From Antedon mediterranea (Eukaryota > Animalia > Echinodermata), in the NCBI RefSeq assembly GCF_964355755.1, contig NC_092677.1:13352101-13416100 (forward strand): 64,000 nucleotides of DNA, written 5' to 3'. A program made the position numbers and the translations under genes. Positions 39,101 through 53,454 of the stretch are shown here, in pieces. Under the pieces are notes generated by a model. It ran no database searches. It was not told the origin of the DNA and was given only the letters and a program-made list of their open reading frames with translations. Position 1 is the stretch's first letter, and the number at the start of each line of letters is the position of its first letter.

Positions 39101-42100
39101 GCGCTCTATTGAATGTGATAACCCACACAAAAAGATAAAAATTACTAATTTTTAAATTCAAGTGGCCATTTGATGACGTCATACCATTTTGTACGTCTAA
39201 TGTGTATATACATTTATATTTACAACTTGTTGGCTTCCATATTAAGTTAAAAAAATTGGGGGTCATCTTCCATTCTGAAGAGTTATATTCATTTTAAAAA
39301 GGCCCTACTTTTTACCATTTATAGCACTTTTGTACAATTAATGTGCGCATTTTGTCATTTTTAACGTGATCGTATACCGTTATTTTAAGTCGGACTGGAC
39401 TCAAAATCGGAGAATGTACTAAGGATTGTGTGTAGAATGTGATGTATACATCACATTTTATTTTTTACGCTTTTTACGGATTGCGTGCGCAAAAACGTAT
39501 TTTTGCGCAGTAATTTTTTGAAACACGCAAATGGCCTAATTCATGCCCTAAATTAATCAAAACTTAATTTTGACCTTTTTAAAATCTTTACGCGCGATTT
39601 CACGTGCATGACCTTGAGACGCGCCAGTTTTTATTTGCTAATATTTTTTACCTTGACCTGAAATGTACGTGTAGTGAATTTCATAAATATGTGATAATGA
39701 ATTATGGACATATGATTGATAATGTGATTTCACAAAATGGCGTATACGTGACGTCACGGATGAGTGATCACGCTGAAAAGCTTATTATGGCTAAGTTAAA
39801 GTATTTGAAAGACATTGCGAAATTTTTGTGATCATTGTTATTCAACTTTTTGAGATAATTGCTAAACAAAAAGTGTACAGAAAGAATAATAACAATAATA
39901 AAGATTTTGTACAATAACAATAGGTGATCATTTTATTCTAAATGATCACCTAATGATGTACAATGAAAGAATTGTCACCGATGAACCACTCCACGACAAT
40001 GATAATATAGATTGACAATGATGCAAGGTCAGAATGAAGATGGAATATGACAATGATGCCTGAGCTAATGATAATAAACAACTGTTGTGATGAAGTCAAT
40101 AGTGGTATTGACAATGGGAGAAACTGGAAAGCACTTACCCATGTACGTAGCTGTGAGTTAGCTTGAACTCGTTGCCTTATACCATTGCCTCCATGCATCA
40201 CTTCAACAGAAAAGCTAGGCAACCAAGCAAAGATTCTGGAGCCTAGAAAATACACACATAACAAGTTCACATATAGGGCTGAATATAAAGAAAATGCTGA
40301 CATATGAACTTGTTTAAAGTAATCCATTCTGCCTCATTCAGTTCAAAGCCACTTCTGTCAGAATTATGTCGATATTTTTTTTGTTTCATTGAACATCATT
40401 ATGTATTGTCACGAAAAATGGAACCAAACTGTGACTTGCACCACTATGACCTTTGAACTTTCAGTAAATTTGTTATATTAAAGAGAAGTTGGCCTTTAAC
40501 TGCATATTAATTAGTTTCAGATGAATAATTTACCATCAAAATGAAACACATTTCTATGATTAACAAGGCGTGGATCTAGTTGGCCAACCCTGGCATTGAC
40601 TCTGGCGCCAATCACTGCCGCTCCTCTTGCCTGGTTCTGTGCATTCTCACGGTCTGCCTGCTCTGTCGGTACTGGGTTGAGGCTAAGAGACTTGCGACAG
40701 GTAGGACATGAGGTATCATGCTCCATCCAGGATCTGAGGCAAGAACTAAGGAGCGAAGAGAAAATGAAACAATTATTTTGTTGAAGAATTCTTTTCTACT
40801 GATAGAGCAGTATGTGTACCATAGAGATAATATTGAGGGTTAATTTCATGTTATATTGCCCCATTTATGATGACATCAGAATAGCATTATTCTCGGATCT
40901 AGATTTTAATCTAAACTTAAAAAATATGTCACAAAATGAAAAGTTTATATTTATTAAGGGTGCAAATGATCCCGATATCATCAAGCCAGTTATGAAATAT
41001 GTATGTTCGGCGTTTGAAAGACGCTCGACTATTCAGGCCTCCACCTGATACTGAGCGACCTTTATGTTCATTAAATGCTTTTATTATTGCTCTTTCTTTT
41101 ATATCTATGTTCATTTTTGTAAATGTTGTTGATTAACCATACCTTAATGTTAAGGTGAATGTTAATAAATTTTAATTGAATAAGCCAAAGACTAGAGGAC
41201 GTACTCGTACTCTTCTATTTATTTGATGTCTTTAGGCACATGTGGCCAAAGATTACCAATAGTAAATTAATGACTGTCCTATCAGGTAGATGGTAATCCC
41301 CATGAAAAGGGGCGTTTTTTTCAACCAGTTCACCGTTCACAGTTCACTATCTTGACTAAAGTGGACATAGACAACAAATGTTTATAGTTCTTATCCGAGA
41401 AGACTTGTTCCACCACCAGAACTAGGAGAGATATCAATGCACAACTTGTATTGGACAGGGTAATTCTTAAAATAAAGAAATATCCTTTATCCCATTCCAA
41501 ATAGTATAAAAGCGTAAAGAATAAAAATTAGAGAATAAAATGTACATACTTATGAAACAAATGGTTGCAGGGTAGTTTTCGAGCTGTGGACATCTGGTCC
41601 CAGCAGATAGCACATGTATCATCTCCATTTTCAAGTTCCTCTTTAGTTGCATATGCAAACCTGGTGAAAACCAATCATTGAAATATAAGACATGCATTTA
41701 ACTTGATAATTGCATCGGAGGTTTGTCATGGCAAGTCTAGCCCTAGAATTTTGGATAAACCTGTATGGAAACATACTCCAATAATGCAGCTAGTAATCGG
41801 CACAAAGTTGTGTCTTGACCTCTACCATGTACCCATTTGTACACCTGGGTGGAAAGGCAAAATGTAAGGTTCTGTGTCTTTCCGAACCCAACAATCCCAC
41901 GATTCAATGTCCAATTCACTGCGTCACACAAGTGGTCTCTTAATATTTTAATTGTTAAATACAAACCTTGTTTCCAGGCTGTTGACAACTCTTCGGTAAT
42001 TCTTGTGTTTTCGTAATTTACGTTGGATCTCTGTGTACAGGAACCTTAACTGCATACAGATCACAAGACTTGCCATACTAAGGAAGATGTTGCCCCATAA

Positions 42101-45100
42101 CTAAAAGAACAAGAAACATTAAATTAAAATATATTACCTTCCTGTAATTTTGTAGTTTAATATGCCATTTAAATGTCACAAACAATAATAGATATATCGA
42201 TATACAATAAAACCTAAAAAAGAAGCCCCCCTCATTGGTCTGAAAAAGTTATCTCAAAAAGAAGCCCATCTCTAATTCAAGCTCACTGGGCTTCTTTTCA
42301 AGATAGTATGGGCTTCTTTTTGAAACAGACTATTTGAACATTAAAGGAACAAAGTGATTTCATATAAAATATGCCTCATTAAATTTGTTTGTGTCTTCAA
42401 TGCCTTTTCGGCAGTAAGTTTTTATTGAACTGAGCATTACAGTATAAATGGTGGAATTTTCCTATTAATCAAAAGTCTTACCAACATATGAAGATGGTGC
42501 AAAAAGTCCACGATCAAAACTGTAGTGTCCAAAATAAGGTTAGTGTAGTAAGTGAGCGAGCCTCGCTCTTCCCACAATCCATCATGGTGCAGGTCATACA
42601 GATGAATACCATACCTAAATAGAATAAGTTAAACAATTAAGATCATTCAATTGTAGGTGCTGTCAATGTGCAGAGTGCAATCATACCATAGTGTGATTGA
42701 CCCCAATTCGTGGCTTTCATGGAATTGTACTGTAAGATAGGTATTTGGAGAATACCGATGGTCACTGTGCTTATGTTTGATTATTTTGATTGTTATTAGT
42801 AAAGTCCCACATAAAGGGTCTGTTTCTGCTGCATAGCGCTGAATAAACCGGTTATTTAAAAAATGTAATTTTATATTGACTGCATTTCTGCTCAATTTTT
42901 GCTCCAAAATAACCATTTAAATCCGTGGGGGGGTCGTTGACAAAAATCGTTAGAATTACCCAAAATGCAATTGGTCCTGGCTGTTAATTCAAACATTACT
43001 ACAGTGTAGTTGACTTGAGGTCAACAGCTGTCAATCAAATAACCGTTATTTTGTGTTGCAGCTAAAAGTTGCCCAGCAATAACCCGTTAAATGGCGTTCT
43101 TCAATGGGTGTTTTTAACTGGTTATTTTGTGCTGCCTTTTTAACCGGTTACCACAAAATTGTCCTGTTTCTGCTCCCAAGAAATTGGAGTTAGTTTATTC
43201 ACACCATTTTTAACTGGTTGTTTTTATGCACCAGAAACAGGACTTTAAATGGCTCACTATCACGGTTAACCCACACCTCATAACATTAACAATCTTTTAA
43301 AAAATTGGCTATAGATAAATTTTCTCATTTGGTTGTAATCAAAGAGTATAACATGTTTCTGGTGGTAGAACGAGTCTTCTCAAGATCCAATGTACACATC
43401 TAGCTCATGTGCACTTTAAAGAACCTAATATCCCATTCGAGACAAGTAGGGGGTTACCCTGGTGTATTAATTAGTACACACACAGCCATTGTCACTCACT
43501 CACAGCCACTGATCATAACTGGGCCCTCTGGGAGACCAGTCCTTGAGTAAGGAGGTCACCCAGTATAATAGATAAACATTAAAAAAAACCTTGTCATTGG
43601 TGTGTAAATAAATACTTACTTGGCAATAACATATATGGCACGCACAATAAGGATGATGCACTGAAAAAGAAGCAAAAAATGTAATGTATATTGTTTATGA
43701 AATGAAATAGAGGAAATTTGAAAAAAAAAAACATACAGTATTTCATCATCTTAACTTTCTTTTATTATGATGACCAATGTCATAGGTACTGAATTTTTTT
43801 ATTTATTAATTTTTTTGGTTTTTACATAAAGTAATAGAAACCTTTTATGACACGTCAAACAGACCTGCGTATGTACTGTACACTCAGGAAATCATGCGCA
43901 AAATGACTATTGGACTTGATAGCTAAATAGGCTAGACTAGACATTTGATATAACAACAACTTCTGATAGATTACCTCTGCCAACATGAAGAAGAACGTAT
44001 TGACATCAACTGGATATCCAACAAAGAAACAGACACCAACCAAAATGAAACCACAGATTAAGATAGCAAACAGAAGACCCATTATCTTGCCATGCATCCA
44101 GTTTGAAGTAGTCGGTGAAGACGAAAGCTAAAAACAAATGTAGGATTCAAAAAATGAAAACTTTCAGTAAAGCTGTTTAGTACGCGACAGTGTTCTTCCG
44201 AAGCAGGTTTTGCTAGCAAGATTTGCCTGATTGGCTCCAACCGGTATTAAAATGGTGTAAGAAAAATATACATAAAATACTGTAAATACTAATTTATTAG
44301 TGGTAGGTTAGGCCTAGCCATTAAAAACATAGACCAAAGAGTACTTGAAGGCTATTATGTCAATTTTATAATTAAAATTAATTCAATTTTTTTGCAATAA
44401 TTAATTTGCTGGACATGGTTCCTATATCGGGAGAACACTGCATGAGTAACCATTTACCTAGAATTTTCTTATTAATATTCATAATGAAAGACATGGAATT
44501 AAATAAAAAATTAATTGAAAATTTAATTACAGAGCTCGGCCTCAAACTAGACCTAGTCATTATGTTAACAACTATATAACCTTCTAATTCTACATGGTAT
44601 AACAAGGTCTTTGTTCTGTATAAATAATGTACTGTATTACATGGCAAGAAACTAATGATTTTAATATTAATTTTAAAAACTAATATCAAATCATACTGTA
44701 AATTAAAATATTTAAGCATGTACAGTAGATGATAATTTCATATTAAATAAAAAAAAATAATTTAAAATCATCATATACAATAAAAATTCCAGAAAATTCT
44801 AATCAAATTAGTGGATCAGAGTATTAACTATAGAATACTGTAAATTACAATATTCAAATAGTAAATACTATAACCTAATTACAATATTCAAATAGTAAAT
44901 ACTATAACCTAATTACAATATTCAAATAGTAAATACTATAACCTAATTACAATATTCAAATAGTAAATACTATAACCTAATTCTTGTACTTTATTCCATA
45001 GTATGTCAATATTTTGATAATGAAAACTTGATTTGTAGTCATTTTTTAAAGTATTTAGTAATAAATTATTAACAGATAATTGTATTTATTTACAATTGAT

Positions 45101-48100
45101 CTAAACAACAGTGAACTGTATAATTTTGTTTGCATACATGTACTGTATACACTAGGAATATTTTTTAATGGTAATATTTAACTAAAAAATAAAATCTAAG
45201 CTTTTATTCTACTATCCAGTTATTGATACAATTTATATAATTGTCTGTAAAACAGCAAATCAATCTACACTCAAATTTTTGTATAATAAATAAGTTTTAA
45301 AAACCTATAAAATATTTTGTCAAATTTGGAAAGCAAAATTAAAACTAATATACACTATATATAAACTAGAAAGCCACTCCAAGAGTGCATACCTCTGCCT
45401 ACTGTAACATTCTTCTACATAAGATTTAATCCCTAGAAAATTTGTGTGTGTCTTAATGCTGTGTATGATTTAGACTAATTCCACTACAAGCATGTGTATG
45501 CGAGTTTGGTGTAATGGATGTAACAAGCCTTTCAATTAACAATAGCTTCAGTTGACTAATATTAGAACAGCAAAGCGAAAACCAAACGAATGAATTTGAA
45601 AAGAAATAGTTTTTTTAAACTACTCGCATCAAAAAACGTGTATATTAAATCTAATTGTGTTTTAAAATTACAAACCACAAATTATAATTCTTGCCTCTTG
45701 AACAAAAATGAAATCACACGCGATCGATTACATATACCTCCTTGGCGGAGGTAAATAATATTTTAGCACATCAAAATAATTAACATCAATAATGATCAAT
45801 ACTTGAATAATTCTAAATAGTAATATTGGTTTAAAAAAATATAAAATAAATTGAAAAAAACTTACGTATTCTGATCGATCTTTGCAGAGAATAATAAAGA
45901 GAATAAGAAAGGCAATTATTGAAAACCAAGCTGACCACAACACCATCTCCTCCAGCACTTGAGCATTCACAACACCAAAGATAAAAATAAACTTGTAGAA
46001 GACAAAGTTTGCAAATTTTTCCTTTAGGCGCTGTAAAAAATGTGTAAGATGTTATCATAAAGGACCATTTACACTAGGACGATAAGAATCGAAAATAAAT
46101 AAGATAAGATAATTATATTGTTTGAAGGTTTGCATGGCAAAATCAAATGTTGATATAATATAAGTTTGCGGTACACCACGTATGTTAGTTCTGAAAAGAA
46201 CTGTCAAGTTTTCTCGACGTTTCGATCAATATGCTTTGATCATCCTCAGGAGTGAGAATACAATAATACTGTAGACACGCATATATTTTTCTTACATAAA
46301 AAAAAAACAAATCTAAAAATTGTTTATTCTAGAACTATAGGATAACCATCTATGCTGCCTTTGATGAAAATATTTTTTTAACACATCCAATCAAATGACA
46401 TCATGATTAGTATGAACAAAAATATAGTGGTGATACAACGATTTTATTGTTCTTATGGATCATGACGTCATTTGATTGGATTTTGAAAAATATTATTTTG
46501 ATCAAAGACGCAATAAATGGTTATCCTATAGTTATAGAATGAAAACTTTTCTAATTTTCTTTTGTTTTATGTAAAGAAAAATGTATGAGTATCTTGTGTC
46601 TATATTTATCGTCGATCGCTATCGTCCTCTAGTGTAAATTAGCCTTAATATATTACCAACTCAAAATCGCAGGATCTCCGAATTTGATAAAATAGAACTG
46701 GTGTATTGAGATACTGTAGTCCTACTGTACATGAGGGCTTGGTTAAAAATTTCCCTGGTTTGAGGATTTCAGTATTGTTTTGGTTATTTATTTGGTTTGA
46801 GGGTGAACTAAATGACACACTATCTAATAGTATTTTAACTATGGATACATTTTTTTTTTAATGATCCAATATTTAAAAAAAATCGTAAAACTGACATCTT
46901 TATTCAAGTTTTCTCTGCATGGACGTGCTAATGATTAAGCTGTGTCGACCCAGTGAAAGCTCATGTAAAAATGAAAGTTTGCGATTTTATTCAACTACAG
47001 TATATTGGATCATTCAAAAGAAAATTTATCAATAGTTAAAATTCTACAATGTAGAAGAGGAGGATCCCATACGTATGTAGCCAAAAGAAAATGTATCAGT
47101 ACTATATAGATATCCAGATACCTTTTCACTAATGTTAATAGAATTATTTTAGTGGTTGATAACGGTAGAGGATATTGCATATCAAGCAGAATATTCTTGG
47201 TTCAAATCTGGGTTAGATTGGCTATTTTTTCAGTATCACTGGGTGGTTTAGAGATTCAGTATATTGTGTGTATTACTTAGAATAAACTAGAACCATTATT
47301 TATTATATATTAATAAACACTAACCTGTCTTTCACTAACTCTCAGTTTGCCAATGATAACCAACTGAAGAACTTTGGCAAACAGAAACAAACAGCAGTAG
47401 GCAAAGTTGACCAGGACCTGGAGAAAACAAAACATTTGATTTGACAGATCACACACGGGTGAAGAAAGAGAAATGAATAGCCCTAGTGCCTGCAAAGTTT
47501 GTTTGGAGATCGCATAGCAAGGTTTGGGAGTCTCATAATATGGTTTTGGAAGAGTCTCATAAGCAATGACTGAGAATTTTTACAAGGTTTGGAAATCTCG
47601 TAACAAGGGAATCACACTGCAAGATATTGGAGAATCAGTGTTTTGGGGTCTTGTAAACAAAAATTGGGATTCATAATGTGGGATTTAAAATATTTTGTAA
47701 GTGTAGAAGATTATTAATCTTAAAGCAAGGTTTAAGGAATTTACATTTTAAAAAGAAATATAGTACAGTGTGTCAAACAATTATTTCACTTACTAAAACA
47801 TATATTGGCTCCTGCATGAAAACTTTAAACAGCTTTATTGCATAACTATCTGATGGCAGTAATGTATAATCCATAAATGGCTGTTCAAACTCTGTTTCGT
47901 CATCATTTGAATGCCATCTCTTCTCTTCCGTCTCCTTCTCGACTGATCTATCAGTCCAATTATTTTCTGTTGCTGCCGCTGCATCATTCTTTGATGACAA
48001 TTCCTCGGGATGCACAGTAGAATCTGCACTTTCAACTGGTTGGTTGTTCTGTTCAACTGAATACTTACTAACGTCACCAGATGGTGTGATCGAAACCACT

Positions 48101-48315
48101 TCAGAATAATCTTGGGTTTCCCGATTGTAAGAGTACTCAAGCGGAACATTCGCCTTCAGCTCATCTACTGTTGGATTTGACATAAATGCCTGAGCATTGT
48201 CAAATAGAACAACCTCATCTTTAGCGAACCATAAGCACATACCCATAAATAAAAAACTTACAGAGGTATAAGTTCGAAGTGATGGAATAGGTAGTCTACC
48301 GATTCGAATTGGCAT
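36123..48315 (-). CDS. AMFR: E3 ubiquitin-protein ligase AMFR (gp78), ~789 aa
   Basis: Hand-spliced complement join(48315..47794,47417..47325,46030..45866,44127..43975,43660..43620,42614..42482,42100..41967,41660..41550,40745..40534,40242..40139,37942..37599,37336..37211,36354..36123), 2370 nt, all GT-AG. It has the N-terminal PSLRTYT, a multi-pass TM region (NFVFYKFIFIFGV; LWGNIFLSMASLVICMQLRFL), RING-H2 CAICWDQMSTARKLPCNHLFHNSCLRSWMEHDTSCPTC, CUE domain (QMFPNIP), G2BR (SRFSKNASEREEILNQRK) and a C-terminal VIM (RRMLAFEAALRR). Confidence 0.95.
36672..36968 (+). repeat. 22-bp minisatellite (GAGTATATTGCATGGCTGCAGT) in the last AMFR intron
   Basis: About 13 units read directly; explains ORFs 36646-36906 and 36732-37004. 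Confidence 0.9.
38367..39953 (+). mobile_element. Non-autonomous Helentron/HINE-like element (~1.6 kb) in an AMFR intron
   Basis: Starts AACTAGA with a subterminal TATAGGTGATC. Ends with an AAT-rich tract and terminal hairpin TAGGTGATCATTT-TATTCT-AAATGATCACCTA (39921-39952). No ORF. Confidence 0.6.
41725..41860 (-). mobile_element. SINE body fragment
   Basis: Minus strand contains TTTCCACCCAGGTGTACAAATGGGTAC, a motif typical of conserved invertebrate SINE cores; family not assigned. Confidence 0.45.
43352..43588 (+). mobile_element. Deu-domain (DeuSINE/AmnSINE-like) SINE fragment; related piece inverted at ~41380-41425
   Basis: TTAAAGAACC...TTCGAGACAAGTAGGGGGTTACCCTGGTGT resembles the Deu core (TTAAAGATCCC...TTCGTAAGAGTAGGGGTGTTAACCCCGGTGT) as recalled; A-rich tail. 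Confidence 0.55.
44843..44982 (+). repeat. 34-bp tandem repeat, 4 perfect copies
   Basis: AATTACAATATTCAAATAGTAAATACTATAACCT x4. Confidence 0.95.
45364..45753 (+). mobile_element. Short Helentron/HINE-like element
   Basis: Starts AACTAGA with subterminal ATACCTCTGCC; ends with hairpin ACCTCC-TTGGC-GGAGGT. Confidence 0.6.
46060..46648. mobile_element. Harbinger-like MITE with a nested internal palindromic element and a Penelope-like fragment
   Basis: TIRs GGACCATTTACACTAGGACGATA...TATCGTCCTCTAGTGTAAATTAGCC flanked by TAA/TTA; ~46315-46408 and ~46459-46555 are inverted copies. Confidence 0.6.
46205..46260 (-). ncRNA. Minimal (Penelope-type) type I hammerhead ribozyme motif
   Basis: Minus strand reads CUC-CUGAGGA-U-GAUCAA(AGCAUA)UUGAUC-GAAAC-GUC-GAG: intact core, 6-bp stem II, palindromic ACGU stem III, 3-bp stem I. 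Confidence 0.7.
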
Positions 48316-48499
48316 TTTGTAAAATTGGTTTAAAACTGAAAAAATATTTCTTGATCAATATAATTTTACTAGTAAGTAGTAGGCTAGTTACTCATCTTTC
48401 AAGTAAAATATAATTCTTTAATTTGAAAACCTGAAATGAAAAAACAATAATTTGTAATTTGTATTTAGCATTTTTAGTTTCTAAATTTTAGCATTTCTT

Positions 48500-48890
48500 C
48501 TAGGGCCTAGTAGGCTAGGCCTAGGTAGGTTAGTTTTTTAAAGTTATACAAATGTTTAAAGCAACAGTAAACAGATTAAAGAAAGGCCTAGGCCTAATTA
48601 ATAGTTAGCATAGTAGGCTAGGCCTTTTTAGTTAGCCTAGCTAGGCCTAGAAGTAGTAGGCTATGAACGGTAGTCAATGTAGTAAAAGGCCTGGCCCTGT
48701 ACAGTATCGTACAACCGACGTGGTATTACTATTACTTACGTAGTACTGTACTAGGCTAGGCCTACTACTAGGCTATCTAGTAGGCTAGCCTCCAAGGCCC
48801 TAGTAGCCTAGGCTAGTACTAGGCCTACTACACACTACTAGGCTCTAGGCTACTACTACTAGGCTAGTAGCCTAGGATAGGCCTGACCAT
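48500..48890. repeat. TAGGCCTA/TAGGCTAG/AGTAGT-rich low-complexity tract in the first AMFR intron
   Basis: Dozens of TAGGC/GCCTA words between the putative 5'UTR exons. Confidence 0.8.
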
Positions 48891-48982
48891 AATTCGCCTA
48901 ATCTTTTGTCATTATTTATGATTAGGTTATTGTTAACTACACTATTTTCACATATATTTTTTTAAACCAAAACCTGTCTTAC

Positions 48983-50351
<1,369 letters not shown>

Positions 50352-50472
50352 GTAAGTCAGTGTAATTTACGGTATATTTCTAAGTAGGCTACTTCTCATT
50401 TCTTCCTTGTTATTCGAGGCAGTTTAATTACCATGTATATCTATAATTTACTCCTTTATTCAGGCCTAAAAA

Positions 50473-53312
50473 ATGGAGAGCACATTTAGAGACTTTCGTC
50501 AAGAATTCAGCAATGTGTATCCTGGAGATAAAAGACGACAATTGAGATTTCTTCTTCAAGACTACATACCAATAGGTGTATTGGCACGTACAAATATCTC
50601 CGGAATGGAATTATTTAATGAACTTCAAAATAAAGGGGTTATCGCATACAATAATGTCAACGTTTTGTCAGAAATCGCAGTCTTGACAGAAAATGCCCAA
50701 GCAAAAGCCAGTGTGCAGAATTACAAAACAGAAGTCGGTGCACAATATGACAAAAGTGGGGCAAGTATGTATTTGTCTTTGTATCGTAAAAATCTTTATA
50801 AAGCTATAATTGCAATGACGGAGGAGAACGGGGGTGACGTCGACAACTTGGTTGGTTTCTACGGATTACGTCATCTTGGTCTCCAGAATAAATGGGACGT
50901 AGTTTTTCATCTGGAAAAAGAAGTGGAATTAAAAGATGAACAGAAGTCGTTGACGAGCTTTGCCAATCAGTTGAACAAAACAGCCAAGTCCATATTACTG
51001 GGTACGTATTTTAAATAAATATTAAATAATATTTAAAGTTGCATCGTCTAGGCTTATAGTTATACGGTTCATGACACACTTTTACAATTTAGTCTGCTTA
51101 TTTGAATTTAAGGCGTATAGGTCTACGCATTGAATAACCAATCGCCTTATGTATTGCTTGTTTCTATATTTTGTATTAAAATAGGATTTAGCCTATATCT
51201 TAAAAAATGCACTTTATTATCATCTATGATACCGTAGCACTTTTTTTAAAACGAAGACATCTGTTTTTAAATTTTATTTTTACAGGCCAAGAAGTCAGTA
51301 GGCCTATTGCAAGAGGAGGAACACCTATGTCAACAGGTAGATTTATTAATAGCCCTAAATTCGGGTTCAATATTGACGTTTTGACAAACCCTGGCCTATT
51401 GGTATTAAATGAACGTGCAGAACTTACTTTGAGCATATATGTCTGTGTGTCAAGTTTAGGCCTACGTATTCACTTCCTTTTTTTTAATGTAAAAGCTTGG
51501 TTCATATTAAGTCATTTGATAATGTATTTCCTCATAGAGGCCTATTTGTGTATAGCATTGTGTATCAGCCTAGCTTGAATTTAGGTTTCATTTAAAAAAA
51601 TGAGACTTCAATCACATACATTTACTCCTGTTAATTTGCAGTTTTAATTAAAATACTGCAGAATCTTCGTTATCAAAAAAAAAGAATGATTGATTGACAA
51701 AATAACAGTAATAATTGTTTTAATTTTGTAAGTGAAAACTTAATTTGTTCGGTTTTTTTCTTTAGAACTTTATTAAACCTACAAAATGGCCTATTCTAAG
51801 TCTGATTTTATTAATCTTCATTTTTCCTGTTTTGGGACACAAATACATCTTAGAAAAACGATGTTTTTTTATTTATGTTTTCAGCTACAGATGGTGTAGT
51901 GACAGACTCTACATCGACAACATCAAGGCCTACACCAGCAACAACAGCAACAGGTAAGAAGTAAAACCAACCGAATCAGAAACCTGTTGTTTTATGATTG
52001 CCTTTTCAAAGGGCAGTGTGAGGAATGCCAGATGTTGCGCAAACACTTAGCCTAAAGCCCTGTCGACATTATAAAACTTTATGTGACAAAAAATGTGATG
52101 TCATGATACACATAATATGGATATACCATTACCATATTTGGGCATATAACTACCATATTTTGGTACACCTTTTTGTCAATCTAGTTTGATAGTGAAGACA
52201 GAGTTTAAAAGAAGTAATCTGTAACAATAAATTGCTGAGCTAATATGATCTATGGTAAAACCATGAGCACAACATTATAAAAGTGTTACTATATATACAT
52301 TGTGGAAAGGATACGTATTAACAGATCACTGTACATCATTTTTCCTTGTTATGCTTTTAATTAATTTTTTTACAAGTTCATAATACATGACAAATTTAGA
52401 AACCTTCTATCTATAATACAAAATCTTAATCCTAAAAGTGGAAATAAGTCACGTCCTGGATCCATGCTGAACGGTTCCTAGTGAACCTGCGTTCAAACCT
52501 ACAGTGATTCACTATCATTCTGGAAATTATCTCACGCAAGATTTAGAATTTTAACGACATTTGGAATTATTGTTGACTTTATTAAGCTATTGTGTACATT
52601 TTATCTTGCCTAAGGCACGACATAAACAAAGATAATTATATTTATTATAAGTACTTGTTACCAAACAAAAACACGAAATACCAATCCTACTACTGTACTA
52701 ACAATTATGATATTTATTTTAATTGACGGTTGTAATGACCTGATTATCAGCCAATAACACGAACTTCTTTTCTATTTTTTTTCAAAAGTGAACGAGGTTG
52801 ATTTCAAACTCCTGAAAATGAATGTTTCAGAGTATTACGATGACAGAGATTGTCTCATTATGCTTAGAGTGTTATTTGGAGACCACATGGTAACACAACA
52901 ACAGAAAACAATCAATACCACAATAGATTTGTTAAATGTATTAGTTGAATCTGATGATCTAAGTTCCGATGATATCTCTATAATATTCGATACAATCAAC
53001 TTGACGGGCCAATACGGTTTACAACGTGAGATTCAGGCACAACTACCATCATTCCCAAAAGTAAAAAAGATCCCGATTTCTTACTTTACACCATACAGAC
53101 AGAACATAATGAAATTTGGAAGGGGCATAGGCGAACAAGATGTAATGAAGATTGATGGGTACTACAACACTCCGGTTAAGAGATACGAAAGTAGCTGGAA
53201 GATGATATATGACTTAGAATTTAGAAACATCATCAAAGAAAAGAACATCAAAGAATTCGTTGCACTGTTGACGAAATTGAAACTTCCATCCGCTGCAGGA
53301 TCGTTTGAATAA
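50473..53312 (+). CDS. Quad death-effector-domain-like protein A (tandem DED, S/T-rich linker, tandem DED), ~390 aa
   Basis: join(50473..51001,51286..51336,51885..51953,52789..53312) = 1173 nt, all introns phase 1 GT-AG. DED-like signatures: FRQEFS...LRFLLQDYIP...SGMELFNELQNKGVI..NNVNVLSEI, and LSLYRKNLYK (compare caspase-8 DED2 ISAYRVMLYQ). Second module has TTIDLLNVLVESDDLSSDDIS and FTPYRQNIMKFG. Confidence 0.75.
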
Positions 53313-53407
53313 TTTAGAATTATTGAAAGGATGTGAATTACACACACGGTTCTTCTCTGTAGGCAAGAACATATCAGTGATAAACGATATATAATAACCT
53401 TCCTTCC

Positions 53408-53454
53408 TTGCACTACTGAGGATGGGCTATAGTGCTGCCCGAAAGCTCTGCATT
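53408..53454 (+). ncRNA. Minimal (Penelope-type) hammerhead ribozyme motif just 3' of DED gene A
   Basis: CUGAGGA(53416-22)-U-GGGC(UAUAGUGCU)GCCC-GAAA-GC-UC, predicted cut after C53448. Palindromic AGCU stem III; stem I imperfect. Followed by a retroelement-like tail (GCGCTTTATAAAT, then ATCTTATT repeats). Confidence 0.6.
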
